Below are positions 46,490 through 56,463 of a DNA stretch of 64,000 bases, in pieces. Every line of letters begins with the position of its first letter. Position 1 is the first letter of the stretch. The position numbers and the translations under genes were made by a program. Location of the stretch: positions 431,216 to 495,215 of the forward strand of contig CACPPU010000001.1 in the NCBI GenBank assembly GCA_902635945.1. The letters run 5' to 3'. The DNA is from an uncultured Candidatus Actinomarina sp. (GTDB lineage Bacteria > Actinomycetota > Acidimicrobiia > Actinomarinales > Actinomarinaceae). The notes beneath the pieces are model-generated. The model had not been told where the DNA came from, did no database searches, and saw only the letters and a program-made list of their open reading frames with translations.

Positions 46490-47617
46490 ATGACACAAAG
46501 TGATATATTGCTAAAACACTTATCTACAGTGTTTGATCCTGAGCTAGGAGCTAATATTGTTGAGCTTGGGATGGTTAAAAAAGTGGATCATGAAGGATCT
46601 ACTGTCAAAATAGACCTGGCTTTAACGATTGCAGATTGTCCCATGAGAAGTCAAATTGAAAAAGAAATAACTAGAAAACTGAAGTTACTTGAAAATGTTG
46701 AAACAGTTGAAATTAATGTTGTTGCTATGGATCAAAAAGATAGAACTGCTGTTATGGAAAAAGCAAGAAAAAAAGCAAGGGAAAACGCCCAACCAACAAA
46801 GATTGATCCAAGAACTAGAGTAATTGCAATAGGTAGCGGTAAAGGCGGTGTCGGAAAGTCTACTTTGTCAACAAACATTGCACTTGGGTTGTCAAAAAAA
46901 GGATTTAAAACAGGGCTTCTAGATGCTGATATTTGGGGATTTTCGATTCCTAGACTTCTAGGAATTAAAGGAAGAATCGAAGCAAACGAAGATAAACTAA
47001 TGGTTCCATTTGTGTATGACAATTTAAAAGTTATTTCAACCGGACTTATTACTAGTGACGAAGATACTGCACTTATGTGGCGCGGATTAATGTTGAGCAA
47101 GGCATTGGAACAATTTCTAACAAATGTGGAGTGGGGAGATCTTGATTACTTAATAATTGACCTTCCACCGGGTACAGGCGATATTCAAATGGCCCTAAGT
47201 AGATTACTTCCACAAGCTGAACTTATAGTTGTTACAACTCCTCAACTTATGGCACAAAAAGTAGCAACTAGAGTTGCTGATATGGCAAAAAGAAGTTTTA
47301 TTCCGCTTTTAGGTGTAATCGAAAACATGTCGTACTTTGAAACAAATGCTGGTGACAAATTTAATATATTTGGCCAAGGTGGAGGAGATGCACTAGCAGA
47401 ACAGTTCGCCCTTCCTGTGCTGGGTAAAATACCTATTAGTGAAGACACGAATGATATTGCAGATGATGGGACACCTTTAATACTTCAAGAAAAAAATACC
47501 CCTACTAAAACAGAAATTGAAAAACTCATTTCTGTGATAGCTGAAAAGCTACCTCCAATAGTTGATGAAACCTGTACTGGTCGTTTAGCAAAGGTTTTTG
47601 AAGAGCTTTCAAAGTAA
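46490..47617 (+). CDS. apbC: Mrp/NBP35/ApbC-family Fe-S cluster carrier ATPase with N-terminal DUF59 domain
   Basis: VFDPELGANIVELGMV (DUF59), the GSGKGGVGKST deviant Walker A, and DLPPGTGD. Confidence 0.85.
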   Translation: MTQSDILLKHLSTVFDPELGANIVELGMVKKVDHEGSTVKIDLALTIADCPMRSQIEKEITRKLKLLENVETVEINVVAMDQKDRTAVMEKARKKARENAQPTKIDPRTRVIAIGSGKGGVGKSTLSTNIALGLSKKGFKTGLLDADIWGFSIPRLLGIKGRIEANEDKLMVPFVYDNLKVISTGLITSDEDTALMWRGLMLSKALEQFLTNVEWGDLDYLIIDLPPGTGDIQMALSRLLPQAELIVVTTPQLMAQKVATRVADMAKRSFIPLLGVIENMSYFETNAGDKFNIFGQGGGDALAEQFALPVLGKIPISEDTNDIADDGTPLILQEKNTPTKTEIEKLISVIAEKLPPIVDETCTGRLAKVFEELSK

Positions 47618-48912
47618 TGGAAAATATTTCAGTAAATAACTTAGTTGAATCAACAAACTCAAATCTTCCTCGAGATATAAAGATTGAATTCGCAAAAAAT
47701 ATTCTCTCTTCAATTAAAAATCCTGATGATGCAAAAAAAGAGTTCGAGTTGTTAATCAACAAACTAAGTTTGAAAAAACAAAGAGAAATTATAAATGCAA
47801 CCGGTACTGTGCTTCATACAAATTTAGGCAGATCTCCAGTAAATGTATCTTTTTCAGGAATGTACACAAATATAGAATACGACTTAACAACTGCTTCAAG
47901 GGGTAATCGTAATGATTATTTAACAGAGTCTATGAAGGTTTTATTAGGTGTTGAAAATGTAGCTTTTGTTAACAACAATGCTTCCTCTCTATACCTATCT
48001 TTACTGTGTCTAGCAAAAAAACATAGCAAAGATACAGTCATAGTGTCCAGAGGTGAAATCATTGAAATTGGAGGTTCTTACAGGCTTCCAGATATAATAT
48101 CTGAAACTGGTATGAATTTAATAGAGGTTGGTACAACAAATAAAACTCGTTTAAGTGATTATGAGGGTGCCTTGAAGGAATATCCTAACTCTGTTGTGTT
48201 AAAAGTTCATAGAAGCAATTTTTCAATTAGTGGATTTACTGAAGAAGTTGGAATTGCTGAACTTGCTGAATTAAAAAATAAATATGATACATTACTAATC
48301 CATGATCTGGGTAGTGGCCTAGTGATTGAAAGCTCTTTTTTAACAAAACACAGTTTATCAATTTTTGAAAAAGAGCCTAGAGTTCAACAATCCATAAGAG
48401 ATGGTGTTGATATTGTGATGTTCTCTGGAGATAAGTTATTTGGCTCAGTGCAATCAGGAATTATTGCAGGAAAAGAAGGATTGATTAATTCAATAAAAAA
48501 CTTCAGCATCTTCAGAACTTACAGATGCTCAGATATAGTTTTATATGAACTTCAAAAAACTACAGAATTATATATTCAAAAAAATGAAGAGAATATTCCA
48601 TTTTGGAATCTTTTAAAAAAGACATATTCAGAGCTAGAAAGTAGATTTGAAAAAATTACTGAAAAAAGCAATATTAAATACAAAATAATTAACGGTGAAA
48701 GCCTGATTGGAGGTGGAACACTGCCGAATATAACTCTAAGTTCTCCTGTAATGGTTCTAGATGTTGATAAATCAGAAAATGTTTTGATGAAACTAATTAG
48801 GAATGAATATCCAATTATTCCAAGAGTAGTTGATGGAAAAATAAATATTGATTTGAGGAGTGTATTCGAAAATCAAGATGATGAAATTGCTAAATTTCTA
48901 CATTCTTTATGA
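47617..48912 (+). CDS. selA: L-seryl-tRNA(Sec) selenium transferase
   Basis: INATGTVLHTNLGRSP and FSGDKLFGSVQSGIIAGK (PLP-lysine region) are SelA signatures. The start overlaps the apbC stop (TAATG). Confidence 0.8.
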   Translation: MENISVNNLVESTNSNLPRDIKIEFAKNILSSIKNPDDAKKEFELLINKLSLKKQREIINATGTVLHTNLGRSPVNVSFSGMYTNIEYDLTTASRGNRNDYLTESMKVLLGVENVAFVNNNASSLYLSLLCLAKKHSKDTVIVSRGEIIEIGGSYRLPDIISETGMNLIEVGTTNKTRLSDYEGALKEYPNSVVLKVHRSNFSISGFTEEVGIAELAELKNKYDTLLIHDLGSGLVIESSFLTKHSLSIFEKEPRVQQSIRDGVDIVMFSGDKLFGSVQSGIIAGKEGLINSIKNFSIFRTYRCSDIVLYELQKTTELYIQKNEENIPFWNLLKKTYSELESRFEKITEKSNIKYKIINGESLIGGGTLPNITLSSPVMVLDVDKSENVLMKLIRNEYPIIPRVVDGKINIDLRSVFENQDDEIAKFLHSL

Positions 48913-50588
48913 CCGTATTAGCTACAGCTGGTCATGTGGATCATGGCAAGTCCACATTAGTTAATTTCTTAACAGGACAAGAAACTGACCGCTTAAAAGA
49001 AGAAAAGCAAAGAGGCCTAACCATTAGTCTTGGCTATACATACTTTGATTATGAAGAAAGTAGATTTTCAATTGTTGATGTGCCGGGTCACTCTGATTAT
49101 TTTAAAAATACAATTAGTGGTTTTTCCAATGTTGATGGAGTTTTGTTTTGTGTTGACTCAACCCAGGGTTGGTCTCAACAATCAGAAGAGCATTTTTTGT
49201 CACTTATAAATCTAGGAATTAATAATCTACTATTTTTCCTGACTAAAACAGATAAAAAAGATATCGTGTTTGGCAAAAATGAATTGATAAATAAATTAAT
49301 TGACCATGAAGAGATTAATTACTCGTTGGTTGAGTTTAGTTCAATAAATAGTAATAAAAAATCAGTACAAAAAATTATTTATGAATTTTTTAATAAATCT
49401 GAATCAAATATAAATCCTCCTTCTTTGTGGGTTGATAGAGTATTTTCTATTGAAGGGATAGGAAAAGTAATTACTGGAACAGCAAGTAAAAATATGAGTT
49501 TTGACAAGGTATTTGTAAATGATCAACAAACTCAATTAGATATAAGAGAAGTAGAGTCAGTGGGTCAAAAATTGAATACTTTAATTACCTCATCTTCAAG
49601 AATTGCAATATCTTTAAAAAATAATAAAAGTGATCCAGGAAAAGGGAGTTTGTTAACTAATCAATTAATTGAAAAAACTACTTACATGCTTATAAGACAA
49701 AATACAGATTCGGCTTTATTTTTGGAAAAAGGAACTTTAAGAATTTATGTTGGCACACACACTCAAATTATTAAGAAATGTAGAACCATTAAAATCGACA
49801 ACAAAATGTTCTTGCTAGTGCAATTAGAAAAAAGTATTCCTGTCCTGAGTTTACAAAAAGTTTTAGTACATAACCTGTCTAAAAAAATGTTCATCGGAGG
49901 AAGTGTTGTTCACTCAACGAATAATCGTTATTTAATAAAAAAATTAAACAGAGATTTTCGGATGAAAGATAATATAAATTCAGAAGAGATATTTACATTA
50001 ATTCCTGAAAACCTAATAGCCAGTAACAGCGAGGAGTTTAAAAAAATTGGAAAATTCTTCATTAAAAACAACGATTTAAAAACTTTAGAAGAAAATATTA
50101 AATCAAATATTATCGAAATTAATAAGTCTGGTGTTGGTAGTTATTTTTATAAAAATTTTTATATAGAGGAAAAAGAATTAAAAAAACTTATTGTTGACTT
50201 CAAATCCATAAAAATTCAGAAGGATCAAATTGTTGAAAATAAGATATTAGATATAGATAGCCAGCTTCTTGCGGAACTTAAATCCCAATTGGGTGATGCA
50301 CTAAATGTTAATGAAGTGGACTTAAGGAAATACGATACAGAAGCAATTAAATCTTTATTTATGAATGGTTGTCTGTTTAGAGTTACAAAAAACATAGTTA
50401 TTTCGGAAGACCATAAAAATCAACTAACCGAAATTATCGATTCTTTACCAGATAAATTTTCAGTAACAGATTTTAAAGAACAGTCATCTCTTACGAGAAA
50501 ATATGCCATTCCATATTTAGAATTTTTAGATAAAGAGTTGGTGACACAAAAAATAGACTCTAGTGGTTTAAGAACAAAAATAAATTAG
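48909..50588 (+). CDS. selB: Selenocysteine-specific translation elongation factor
   Basis: ATAGHVDHGKSTLV, TDRLKEEKQRGLTI and DVPGH form the GTPase domain. A long C-terminal extension follows. The start overlaps the selA stop (ATGA). Confidence 0.8.
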   Translation: MTVLATAGHVDHGKSTLVNFLTGQETDRLKEEKQRGLTISLGYTYFDYEESRFSIVDVPGHSDYFKNTISGFSNVDGVLFCVDSTQGWSQQSEEHFLSLINLGINNLLFFLTKTDKKDIVFGKNELINKLIDHEEINYSLVEFSSINSNKKSVQKIIYEFFNKSESNINPPSLWVDRVFSIEGIGKVITGTASKNMSFDKVFVNDQQTQLDIREVESVGQKLNTLITSSSRIAISLKNNKSDPGKGSLLTNQLIEKTTYMLIRQNTDSALFLEKGTLRIYVGTHTQIIKKCRTIKIDNKMFLLVQLEKSIPVLSLQKVLVHNLSKKMFIGGSVVHSTNNRYLIKKLNRDFRMKDNINSEEIFTLIPENLIASNSEEFKKIGKFFIKNNDLKTLEENIKSNIIEINKSGVGSYFYKNFYIEEKELKKLIVDFKSIKIQKDQIVENKILDIDSQLLAELKSQLGDALNVNEVDLRKYDTEAIKSLFMNGCLFRVTKNIVISEDHKNQLTEIIDSLPDKFSVTDFKEQSSLTRKYAIPYLEFLDKELVTQKIDSSGLRTKIN

Positions 50589-50839
50589 GTGTAGATTGCT
50601 TCTCTTTTTCTTTCTACCTCATTAAGGCCTCCCCAAACCCCAAAAGGTTCGGAAATTTCATTTGCTTCTTCAAGACACTCAAATTTTACCGGACACCCAC
50701 TACAAACAGCTTTTGCTTTGGCCTCCCTTTTTTCACGATCTTCTTTTTTTTCAAAAGTTGCAGGTGGGAAGAATAGGTTGCTACTGTGTTGCCTGCAGAG
50801 AGCATCGTACTGCCAAGTTGAAACTTTAATTTGAAGCAT
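50585..50839 (-). CDS. WhiB-family (Wbl) Fe-S transcriptional regulator
   Basis: Four Cys in the pattern C-x(n)-C-x2-C-x5-C (ALCRQ ... CSGCPVKFEC), followed by GVWGG. This family is specific to Actinobacteria and their phages. Confidence 0.85.
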   Translation of the reverse strand: MLQIKVSTWQYDALCRQHSSNLFFPPATFEKKEDREKREAKAKAVCSGCPVKFECLEEANEISEPFGVWGGLNEVERKREAIYT

Positions 50840-50898
50840 ATGTAAACAGTAAACGCTGAAATCTATCTGTAAAAAGATTTTTTTCGCGAAGTAAACCT

Positions 50899-52059
50899 TT
50901 AAATTATGAGTTTTCCATCCTCTTCGACAAGTTTGTACTCATTTTTTAAAGTATAAGAATTGCTTTCAGCCCTATCTACAACAATTTTTTTTCCGTTCAA
51001 TCTAACTAGTGCTTGATTGTTGTTAATTAATTCCAGTAAGGTAACTTGGGAATTTACCAATGATGACATAGCGCTTGTATCAGTAGTTAGTCGAGATCTA
51101 ATAACGGTAGGTATTGCAACAAAGTAGAAAAAAGCAATTATTGACGAGGAGCCGAATAATAGAAAGTGATTAATTCGGAGTAAATAATCTGAAAACATAA
51201 TTAATGACGATCCGTGCATAACAAACAAAGCAGCAACTCCTAGTGGTCCAAAAAAACCTCTAGATAGGACTTTAATAAACATTAAGAATGAGGCTAAGAA
51301 AATTAGTAAACCAATGTAATTTAAGTTGTACTCATAAAATGTCATTGAAGAAAAAGCTATTAACAATGCACCATTAAATGCCATTAAGCCAGGGCCTATT
51401 GCAAAGAGTTCTAGGCCTATTAATGCAAAACCAAGTGCAAAAAATAAATAGGTAAATACAGGATTTGATATAGCAATATAAAACCTTTCAAAAAGCGAAG
51501 GTTTAATAAATCTAATTTGATTGATTTCCTCAGAGCTTAAATCAAAACTTAAAGATATTTGCCTAATTCTTGACGGTATCTCTTGACTGCCTAAGTTTTC
51601 CACAAATGCTCCTATAGAACCAACGATTAAATAATCCTTATAAATACCTTCCTCAGCTGAAACTAAAACATCATTGTTGGTACAAGTATTTGTTTCACAA
51701 ATGGTTTCAAATAAACCTGGGCCTTTATTATTTGTAATAATTGTTCCAGGAGATAAACCTACAAAATCAAAATTAAGTAAAACACTCAAATCTACTTCTC
51801 TTTTGTTTGGTCCGACCCAAATTGCTTTTGGAGCATCCATGTTGTTTAGAATTACTTGTAATTCATCTATTGAATTTACATTTACATCTGAGGCATTGTA
51901 CTGCACAACAAAAAGGTTCTTTTCTTTCTCACTATTTTCATCGACATATCTTTCAAGAGCATTGATATGGCCACTAGAAAAAACACCTTCAATTTCAAAT
52001 ATATTGACATTCGCAGTATTTATCACTGCCAGAAATAATATGGGTAATAGTTTTAACAT
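50899..52059 (-). CDS. NfeD-like membrane protein (ClpP-class N-terminal domain, TM core, C-terminal OB-like domain)
   Basis: A signal/anchor, a periplasmic-type domain, 4-5 TM helices and a soluble C-terminal tail give an architecture typical of long NfeD proteins. Confidence 0.5.
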   Translation of the reverse strand: MLKLLPILFLAVINTANVNIFEIEGVFSSGHINALERYVDENSEKEKNLFVVQYNASDVNVNSIDELQVILNNMDAPKAIWVGPNKREVDLSVLLNFDFVGLSPGTIITNNKGPGLFETICETNTCTNNDVLVSAEEGIYKDYLIVGSIGAFVENLGSQEIPSRIRQISLSFDLSSEEINQIRFIKPSLFERFYIAISNPVFTYLFFALGFALIGLELFAIGPGLMAFNGALLIAFSSMTFYEYNLNYIGLLIFLASFLMFIKVLSRGFFGPLGVAALFVMHGSSLIMFSDYLLRINHFLLFGSSSIIAFFYFVAIPTVIRSRLTTDTSAMSSLVNSQVTLLELINNNQALVRLNGKKIVVDRAESNSYTLKNEYKLVEEDGKLII

Positions 52060-52100
52060 TTTATATACTTAAATATATAGGATAGTAGTCTTTTAAAACT

Positions 52101-52424
52101 GTGAAAATTTGCATAATAACCGACAATACATGGGTAAAAGATTCACTCATTAAATTAATTGATTTTGAGTGTAATTTTACTCACTTAGAAGATGCAAATA
52201 ATATGAATATTTCATATGATTACATTTTTGTAGACATGCAAGTAAACAATAACGGTGGGCCTTCTATTGTAAGAGAGCTAAAAAGAAGTGAAAAAGTTAT
52301 TGATTCAACTATTGTGCTATTAATTGACCGTGAAGCAGATAGTTTTCAAGCAAAACGAGTTGGAGCAGATAGCTATTTACTTAAACCTCTTGAAAAAACT
52401 AAATTAAAAAACCTTTTTACTTAA
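52101..52424 (+). CDS. Single-domain response-regulator receiver protein
   Basis: 107 aa with a GTG start. FVDMQV (putative phospho-Asp) and GADSYLLKPL (conserved Lys). No kinase gene is in the window. Confidence 0.5.
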   Translation: MKICIITDNTWVKDSLIKLIDFECNFTHLEDANNMNISYDYIFVDMQVNNNGGPSIVRELKRSEKVIDSTIVLLIDREADSFQAKRVGADSYLLKPLEKTKLKNLFT

Positions 52425-52455
52425 ACGAATAATATTCTAAAATCAATAATACATA

Positions 52456-53703
52456 TTGAGTACTAACCTAATAATCGCACTTATAGCAATTTGCTTGTTT
52501 TTCTCTGCTTTACTTTCAGGCTCAGAAACTGCAATAACCTATGTTCCTAGGGAAAAAATTCATCAACTGTCTGATTCAAAAAGAAATAATAAAATTAAAA
52601 AGGCTAAAGATGACTTAGAGCAAACAATTGGTGGAATTCTTGTTGCTAATAACTTTGTTAACATATTAATGGCTTCTTTATCTACAATTTTATTTGTTAA
52701 TTTTCTAGATGGCGATGAAACTGCTGGGTCTGCATTATCAACTATAGTTATTACTCTTCTCGTATTAGTTGCAGGAGAGATTACTCCAAAAACTATTGCC
52801 TCTAGAAACCCAATTAAGTTTTTATCAAGAACTGCTTTTATAATAGATTTCTTATCGAGAGTCTTTGCTCCTTTTACAAGCTTGATAACTAAATCAATTG
52901 ATAGAACATCTAGGGATGGGGATATGGATGGTGACGGTGAAATAACTGAAGCTGATATACAGGCACTAACTGCTTTGGGTGAAATGGAGGGTCAGATATT
53001 ACCCGCAGAAAGAGAAATAATTGATTCATTGCTAGATTTTTCAGATCGTCCAATTAAAGAAATTATGACACCGAGAGTTGATGTGTTGTTTTTATCACTT
53101 CCTATTGAAATAAACGATATAAAACAAATAGTAGATGAAAAGAGAATATCTAGAATGCCGGTGTCTAAGTCTGAATCATTAGATGACACATTTGGAATTG
53201 TATACGTAAAAGACCTGTTTAACTTGAAAGCAAGTTCTGATTCAGTAGAGGTAGAGAATTTAGTTAAAGATGTTATATATCTACCAGAGTACACAACAGT
53301 TTTATCCGCACTAAATATCTTGAGAGAAAACAAAGCAAGCTTTGCATGTGTTATTGATGAAAACGGTGGTATTGAGGGTGTGATAACAATTAAAGATGTC
53401 CTTTCAGAATTTGTGGGTGACCTACCTGATGAGCATGACCAAAGGTTCTTGGGAATTAGAAGAATAGGCCCTGGTCAATGGAGAGTAGATGGCAAAACAG
53501 ACATTGATGATTTTGAAGAATTTTTTGGTTTAGAAGAAAGTGATAAAGATATCGCTACAGTTGGTGGATTGTTTTTAAGTCATTCCGAACAGCTTCCTGC
53601 AGAAGGTGAAAAAATAATTATTGACGGTTTAGAAGTAACGGTAACTGAGCTAGACAACAGAAGAATAGAATCTTTTATAGTAAAAAAAATAGCAAAGAAA
53701 TAA
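52456..53703 (+). CDS. CNNM/HlyC-CorC family transporter (DUF21 + CBS pair + CorC_HlyC)
   Basis: SGSETA in the first helix, EITPKT, a CBS pair (IKEIMTPRVD ... RMPV) and a C-terminal transporter-associated domain. TTG start. Confidence 0.85.
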   Translation: MSTNLIIALIAICLFFSALLSGSETAITYVPREKIHQLSDSKRNNKIKKAKDDLEQTIGGILVANNFVNILMASLSTILFVNFLDGDETAGSALSTIVITLLVLVAGEITPKTIASRNPIKFLSRTAFIIDFLSRVFAPFTSLITKSIDRTSRDGDMDGDGEITEADIQALTALGEMEGQILPAEREIIDSLLDFSDRPIKEIMTPRVDVLFLSLPIEINDIKQIVDEKRISRMPVSKSESLDDTFGIVYVKDLFNLKASSDSVEVENLVKDVIYLPEYTTVLSALNILRENKASFACVIDENGGIEGVITIKDVLSEFVGDLPDEHDQRFLGIRRIGPGQWRVDGKTDIDDFEEFFGLEESDKDIATVGGLFLSHSEQLPAEGEKIIIDGLEVTVTELDNRRIESFIVKKIAKK

Positions 53704-53730
53704 TTTAGGCAAATCAACTAACATTATTCC

Positions 53731-54012
53731 ATGGAAGTAATTTACGCATTAGTCCCCTTACTTGGTGGTTGGCTTGTATACGGTTTAATTGCTTCATTAT
53801 TTCTTAAAAGAGCAAGTAGTCGTGATTACTTACTCCTTATATCTTCGGGTTTAGTTGGTGGACTAATTGGTGGTTCTATTGGAAACAATATGGATATTCC
53901 ACAAAATCTCTGGTGGATGAGAGAAATAATCAAAATAGGCGTGACGATTGTCGCTATGTATACAATTCAAATTATTAAATTACAAATTTATAATTTTAGG
54001 AATAATACTTAA
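53731..54012 (+). CDS. Small membrane protein (GlsB/YeaQ/YmgE-like?)
   Basis: 93 aa with 3 hydrophobic helices and Gly-rich GGLIGGSIGN. Confidence 0.4.
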   Translation: MEVIYALVPLLGGWLVYGLIASLFLKRASSRDYLLLISSGLVGGLIGGSIGNNMDIPQNLWWMREIIKIGVTIVAMYTIQIIKLQIYNFRNNT

Positions 54013-54293
54013 TTTTTAGGCACTCTTGCGGCTTTTAACAAATTGCCATTTTCATCTATTAGCCCACATCGTTTTGATAGTAATTTAGTATTAAAGGCAA
54101 ACAAATTTTTTCTCCATGTTGCAATATAGCCATATCCACCAACTTCATCTAGTTTGGATAATGCGCCATCTAAAGTTGCAGTAGATTCTGCAATTACAAC
54201 TGGGAGAGAATCATACTCTGCATCCCACTTTTCTGAATCTGTAATTTTGTTTGATTGCAAGAGTACGTTTTTAAGCTCATCACTCATTTTCAA
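54009..54293 (-). CDS. Hypothetical protein, last gene of the mannitol PTS operon
   Basis: A 94-aa soluble ORF that overlaps the ptsH 3' end by 14 nt. Confidence 0.4.
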   Translation of the reverse strand: MKMSDELKNVLLQSNKITDSEKWDAEYDSLPVVIAESTATLDGALSKLDEVGGYGYIATWRKNLFAFNTKLLSKRCGLIDENGNLLKAARVPKN

Positions 54294-54564
54294 TCAAATC
54301 CTCAAACTTTGACATATAAACCTCTTCTTCATTTCCATCCAAAACAAGGGTAAATGGTTTATCTTTAGCAATACCCAAACTTAAAATACCGATCATACTC
54401 TTCCCGTCTTTTTCAATTACCTCTTCTTCACCAGTTTCTTTATTTACTTTGTTAAATTTAACTAAAACTGTTCCATCAAATTCTTGCGCTAATTTTACAA
54501 ACAAACTTGCAGGCCTAGCATGTAATCCCACTTCATCTTTAACAGACAATATTTTTTCTATCAT
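54280..54564 (-). CDS. ptsH: Phosphocarrier protein HPr
   Basis: VGLHARPASLFVK (His-15 site) and GKSMIGILSLG (Ser-46 region). Confidence 0.85.
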   Translation of the reverse strand: MIEKILSVKDEVGLHARPASLFVKLAQEFDGTVLVKFNKVNKETGEEEVIEKDGKSMIGILSLGIAKDKPFTLVLDGNEEEVYMSKFEDLIENE

Positions 54565-55638
54565 TTAATTCCCTAATGCTTGAATGTATTTATCACTATA
54601 ATTATAAACTTTCCAAAATTCATTATAAAAATAACTTTTATCATTTGATAGTTGCCTCTTTTTAAATTCAGTAAATCCATCTACATCTTCAAAGCTATTT
54701 TTGAAAACAATATCTAATACTTCTTTAAATGTCTCTACCTGTTCATTTGCTGAGATTAAAAGTCGTAGTGGTCTTTCAAATCTTTCGTCTTTTGAAAATT
54801 TAATTTCTGGGTTTCTCGCAATTCTTGTCACCTCATCTTGAATTTCAGGTAATGAAAACCTATTTAATATAGTTTGTTTAAAATCATTTAAATCTTCAGT
54901 ACTGTTCGAAAATAATCTATAAGCTTTTGAAAGTGAATCTATAGATTTCTCTGCAAACTCTAGTCCTTCGTGATTATTCAAAATTTCATGAATGTATTTA
55001 ATTTGTCTTGATAAACCAAAATATGCTAATTTTAAATGCAAGCCATTGAGTAACCACAACTTTTTGTAAAACTCGTGCTCATAATTTCTATAAGACACAA
55101 CTTTTGATTCATTTAATGGTTTTATATCTTTGCTTTCATCTAATACTATTGAGCCGTATTCTTCAACTGTTACATCTAATGAAGTTGTGTTTTGCGGTGG
55201 AACAATTTTATCAACTACAGCATCAATTAATACGAGTTGACTTAGACTCTTTTCGTTTGAATTACTAGTTGATGCCCTGTACATATTTTCAAAAGCAATA
55301 AATGGTTTAGTTTTTTCGGTTTTTATATTAGATACCAAATCAAAAATATCTTTTACAAACTTGGGTCCAACTGATGTGGTTATCAAATCAGCTTGTGCTA
55401 TTTTCTTGCAAAGAGGGTCTTTATCTTCTAAAAGTAAACCACTAATGTTTTCTACTAATGAATCTGTTGATGAATTTAAACTAATAGAGCTAACTCTATA
55501 TTTTTTTAGTAAATTTATTTGTTCAATCAGTTGTTTGTTTACATCGACAAATATTACTTCATAATTATTGTCTTGAAGAACAGGAGCAATAAAACCTCTC
55601 CCTATGTTTCCAGCACCAAAATGAATGGCTAATTTCAT
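54565..55638 (-). CDS. mtlD: Mannitol-1-phosphate 5-dehydrogenase
   Basis: KLAIHFGAGNIGRGFI at the N-terminus and VDKIVP further in. Confidence 0.85.
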   Translation of the reverse strand: MKLAIHFGAGNIGRGFIAPVLQDNNYEVIFVDVNKQLIEQINLLKKYRVSSISLNSSTDSLVENISGLLLEDKDPLCKKIAQADLITTSVGPKFVKDIFDLVSNIKTEKTKPFIAFENMYRASTSNSNEKSLSQLVLIDAVVDKIVPPQNTTSLDVTVEEYGSIVLDESKDIKPLNESKVVSYRNYEHEFYKKLWLLNGLHLKLAYFGLSRQIKYIHEILNNHEGLEFAEKSIDSLSKAYRLFSNSTEDLNDFKQTILNRFSLPEIQDEVTRIARNPEIKFSKDERFERPLRLLISANEQVETFKEVLDIVFKNSFEDVDGFTEFKKRQLSNDKSYFYNEFWKVYNYSDKYIQALGN

Positions 55639-56078
55639 AGATTTTCAGATAAAAGATCGAATATCTTGTCTACTGAGGTCTCACTCCAAAGTTTTTTTGC
55701 TTCTTCTAGGTCTTCTATTGCATCTGCTAATGAAGCCAAAACATTCATATGATCATCTGAATTAGCAGCAATTCCAACCACAATATAAGCCCTTTCTTCA
55801 TTCCACTCAACACCATCTGGAACCTGAATTATTGAAATTCCCGTATTCTTAACATATTTAGAGCCCTCAGCCATACCATGTGGTATTGCGACGCCGTTTC
55901 CTATGTATGTTGCAAATGATTGAGTCTCAAGTTTTTCAAGCATTGAGTCTATATACTCTTGCTCAACATAGCCATTTTCAAATAGTATGTTTCCAGCAGC
56001 TACCGTTGCCTCTTTATTATCTGTAAATGACTTTTTTGTTTGTATTGATTCTTTTATCAATACGTTTTTTTGACTCAT
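55635..56078 (-). CDS. mtlF: PTS mannitol-specific EIIA component
   Basis: GNGVAIPHG active-site His motif, at about 147 aa. Confidence 0.8.
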   Translation of the reverse strand: MSQKNVLIKESIQTKKSFTDNKEATVAAGNILFENGYVEQEYIDSMLEKLETQSFATYIGNGVAIPHGMAEGSKYVKNTGISIIQVPDGVEWNEERAYIVVGIAANSDDHMNVLASLADAIEDLEEAKKLWSETSVDKIFDLLSENL

Positions 56079-56395
56079 GAAGAGGTTATCTCATTATCCT
56101 CAGACAGATCTGTAATTAGTTTTTTTAAGTTCGGATCATTCATAAACATAGTAAATTGAATTAAAACTGAACCTTCCGGGGCTGCATTCCTAGCTGCACC
56201 AGCTAGTCCAGTATGACAAACTACTACGTCTGCATCATCAGGTATTTGAGTTGCAGGTGCATGAACAATTTCAACGTCCAGTCCAGCTTTTTTTGCTTTT
56301 TTAATTAGGCCATTTTTAACCATAAGACTTGATCCTGCTCCCGCTTCACATGCAAGACAAATTTTCTTTACTTCTGATCCTCGTATTGAGCTCAT
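56075..56395 (-). CDS. PTS mannitol-specific EIIB component
   Basis: KICLACEAGAGSSLM (phospho-Cys loop). I set the start at the ATG at 56395, which is preceded by GGAGG (56401-56405). The longer ORF would run through the terminator hairpin. Confidence 0.8.
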   Translation of the reverse strand: MSSIRGSEVKKICLACEAGAGSSLMVKNGLIKKAKKAGLDVEIVHAPATQIPDDADVVVCHTGLAGAARNAAPEGSVLIQFTMFMNDPNLKKLITDLSEDNEITSS

Positions 56396-56405
56396 ATATT
56401 CCTCC

Positions 56406-56445
56406 AAAAAAAATTGACTTGGGAGTATTACCTCCCAAGTCAATT
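56406..56445 (-). terminator. Strong intrinsic terminator/attenuator between EIIC and EIIB
   Basis: Minus-strand RNA: AAUUGACUUGGGAG-GUAAUA-CUCCCAAGUCAAUU, a perfect 14-bp stem, followed by a U run and then GGAGG-N7-AUG. Confidence 0.6.
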
Positions 56446-56463
56446 ATAACTTAATAGTTTTAG

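Noticed and set aside
46413-50898. Searched the spacers around apbC-selA-selB-whiB (46413-46489, 50840-50898) for tRNA-Sec (selC)
   Set aside because: The spacers are short, AT-rich and lack any acceptor- or T-arm-like GC-rich stems, so selC is not in this window.
56396-56443. Longer EIIB ORF starting at 56443 (MTWEVILPSQFFLEEY...)
   Set aside because: The extension is simply the translated terminator hairpin. A GGAGG-spaced ATG at 56395 gives the conserved EIIB N-terminus.
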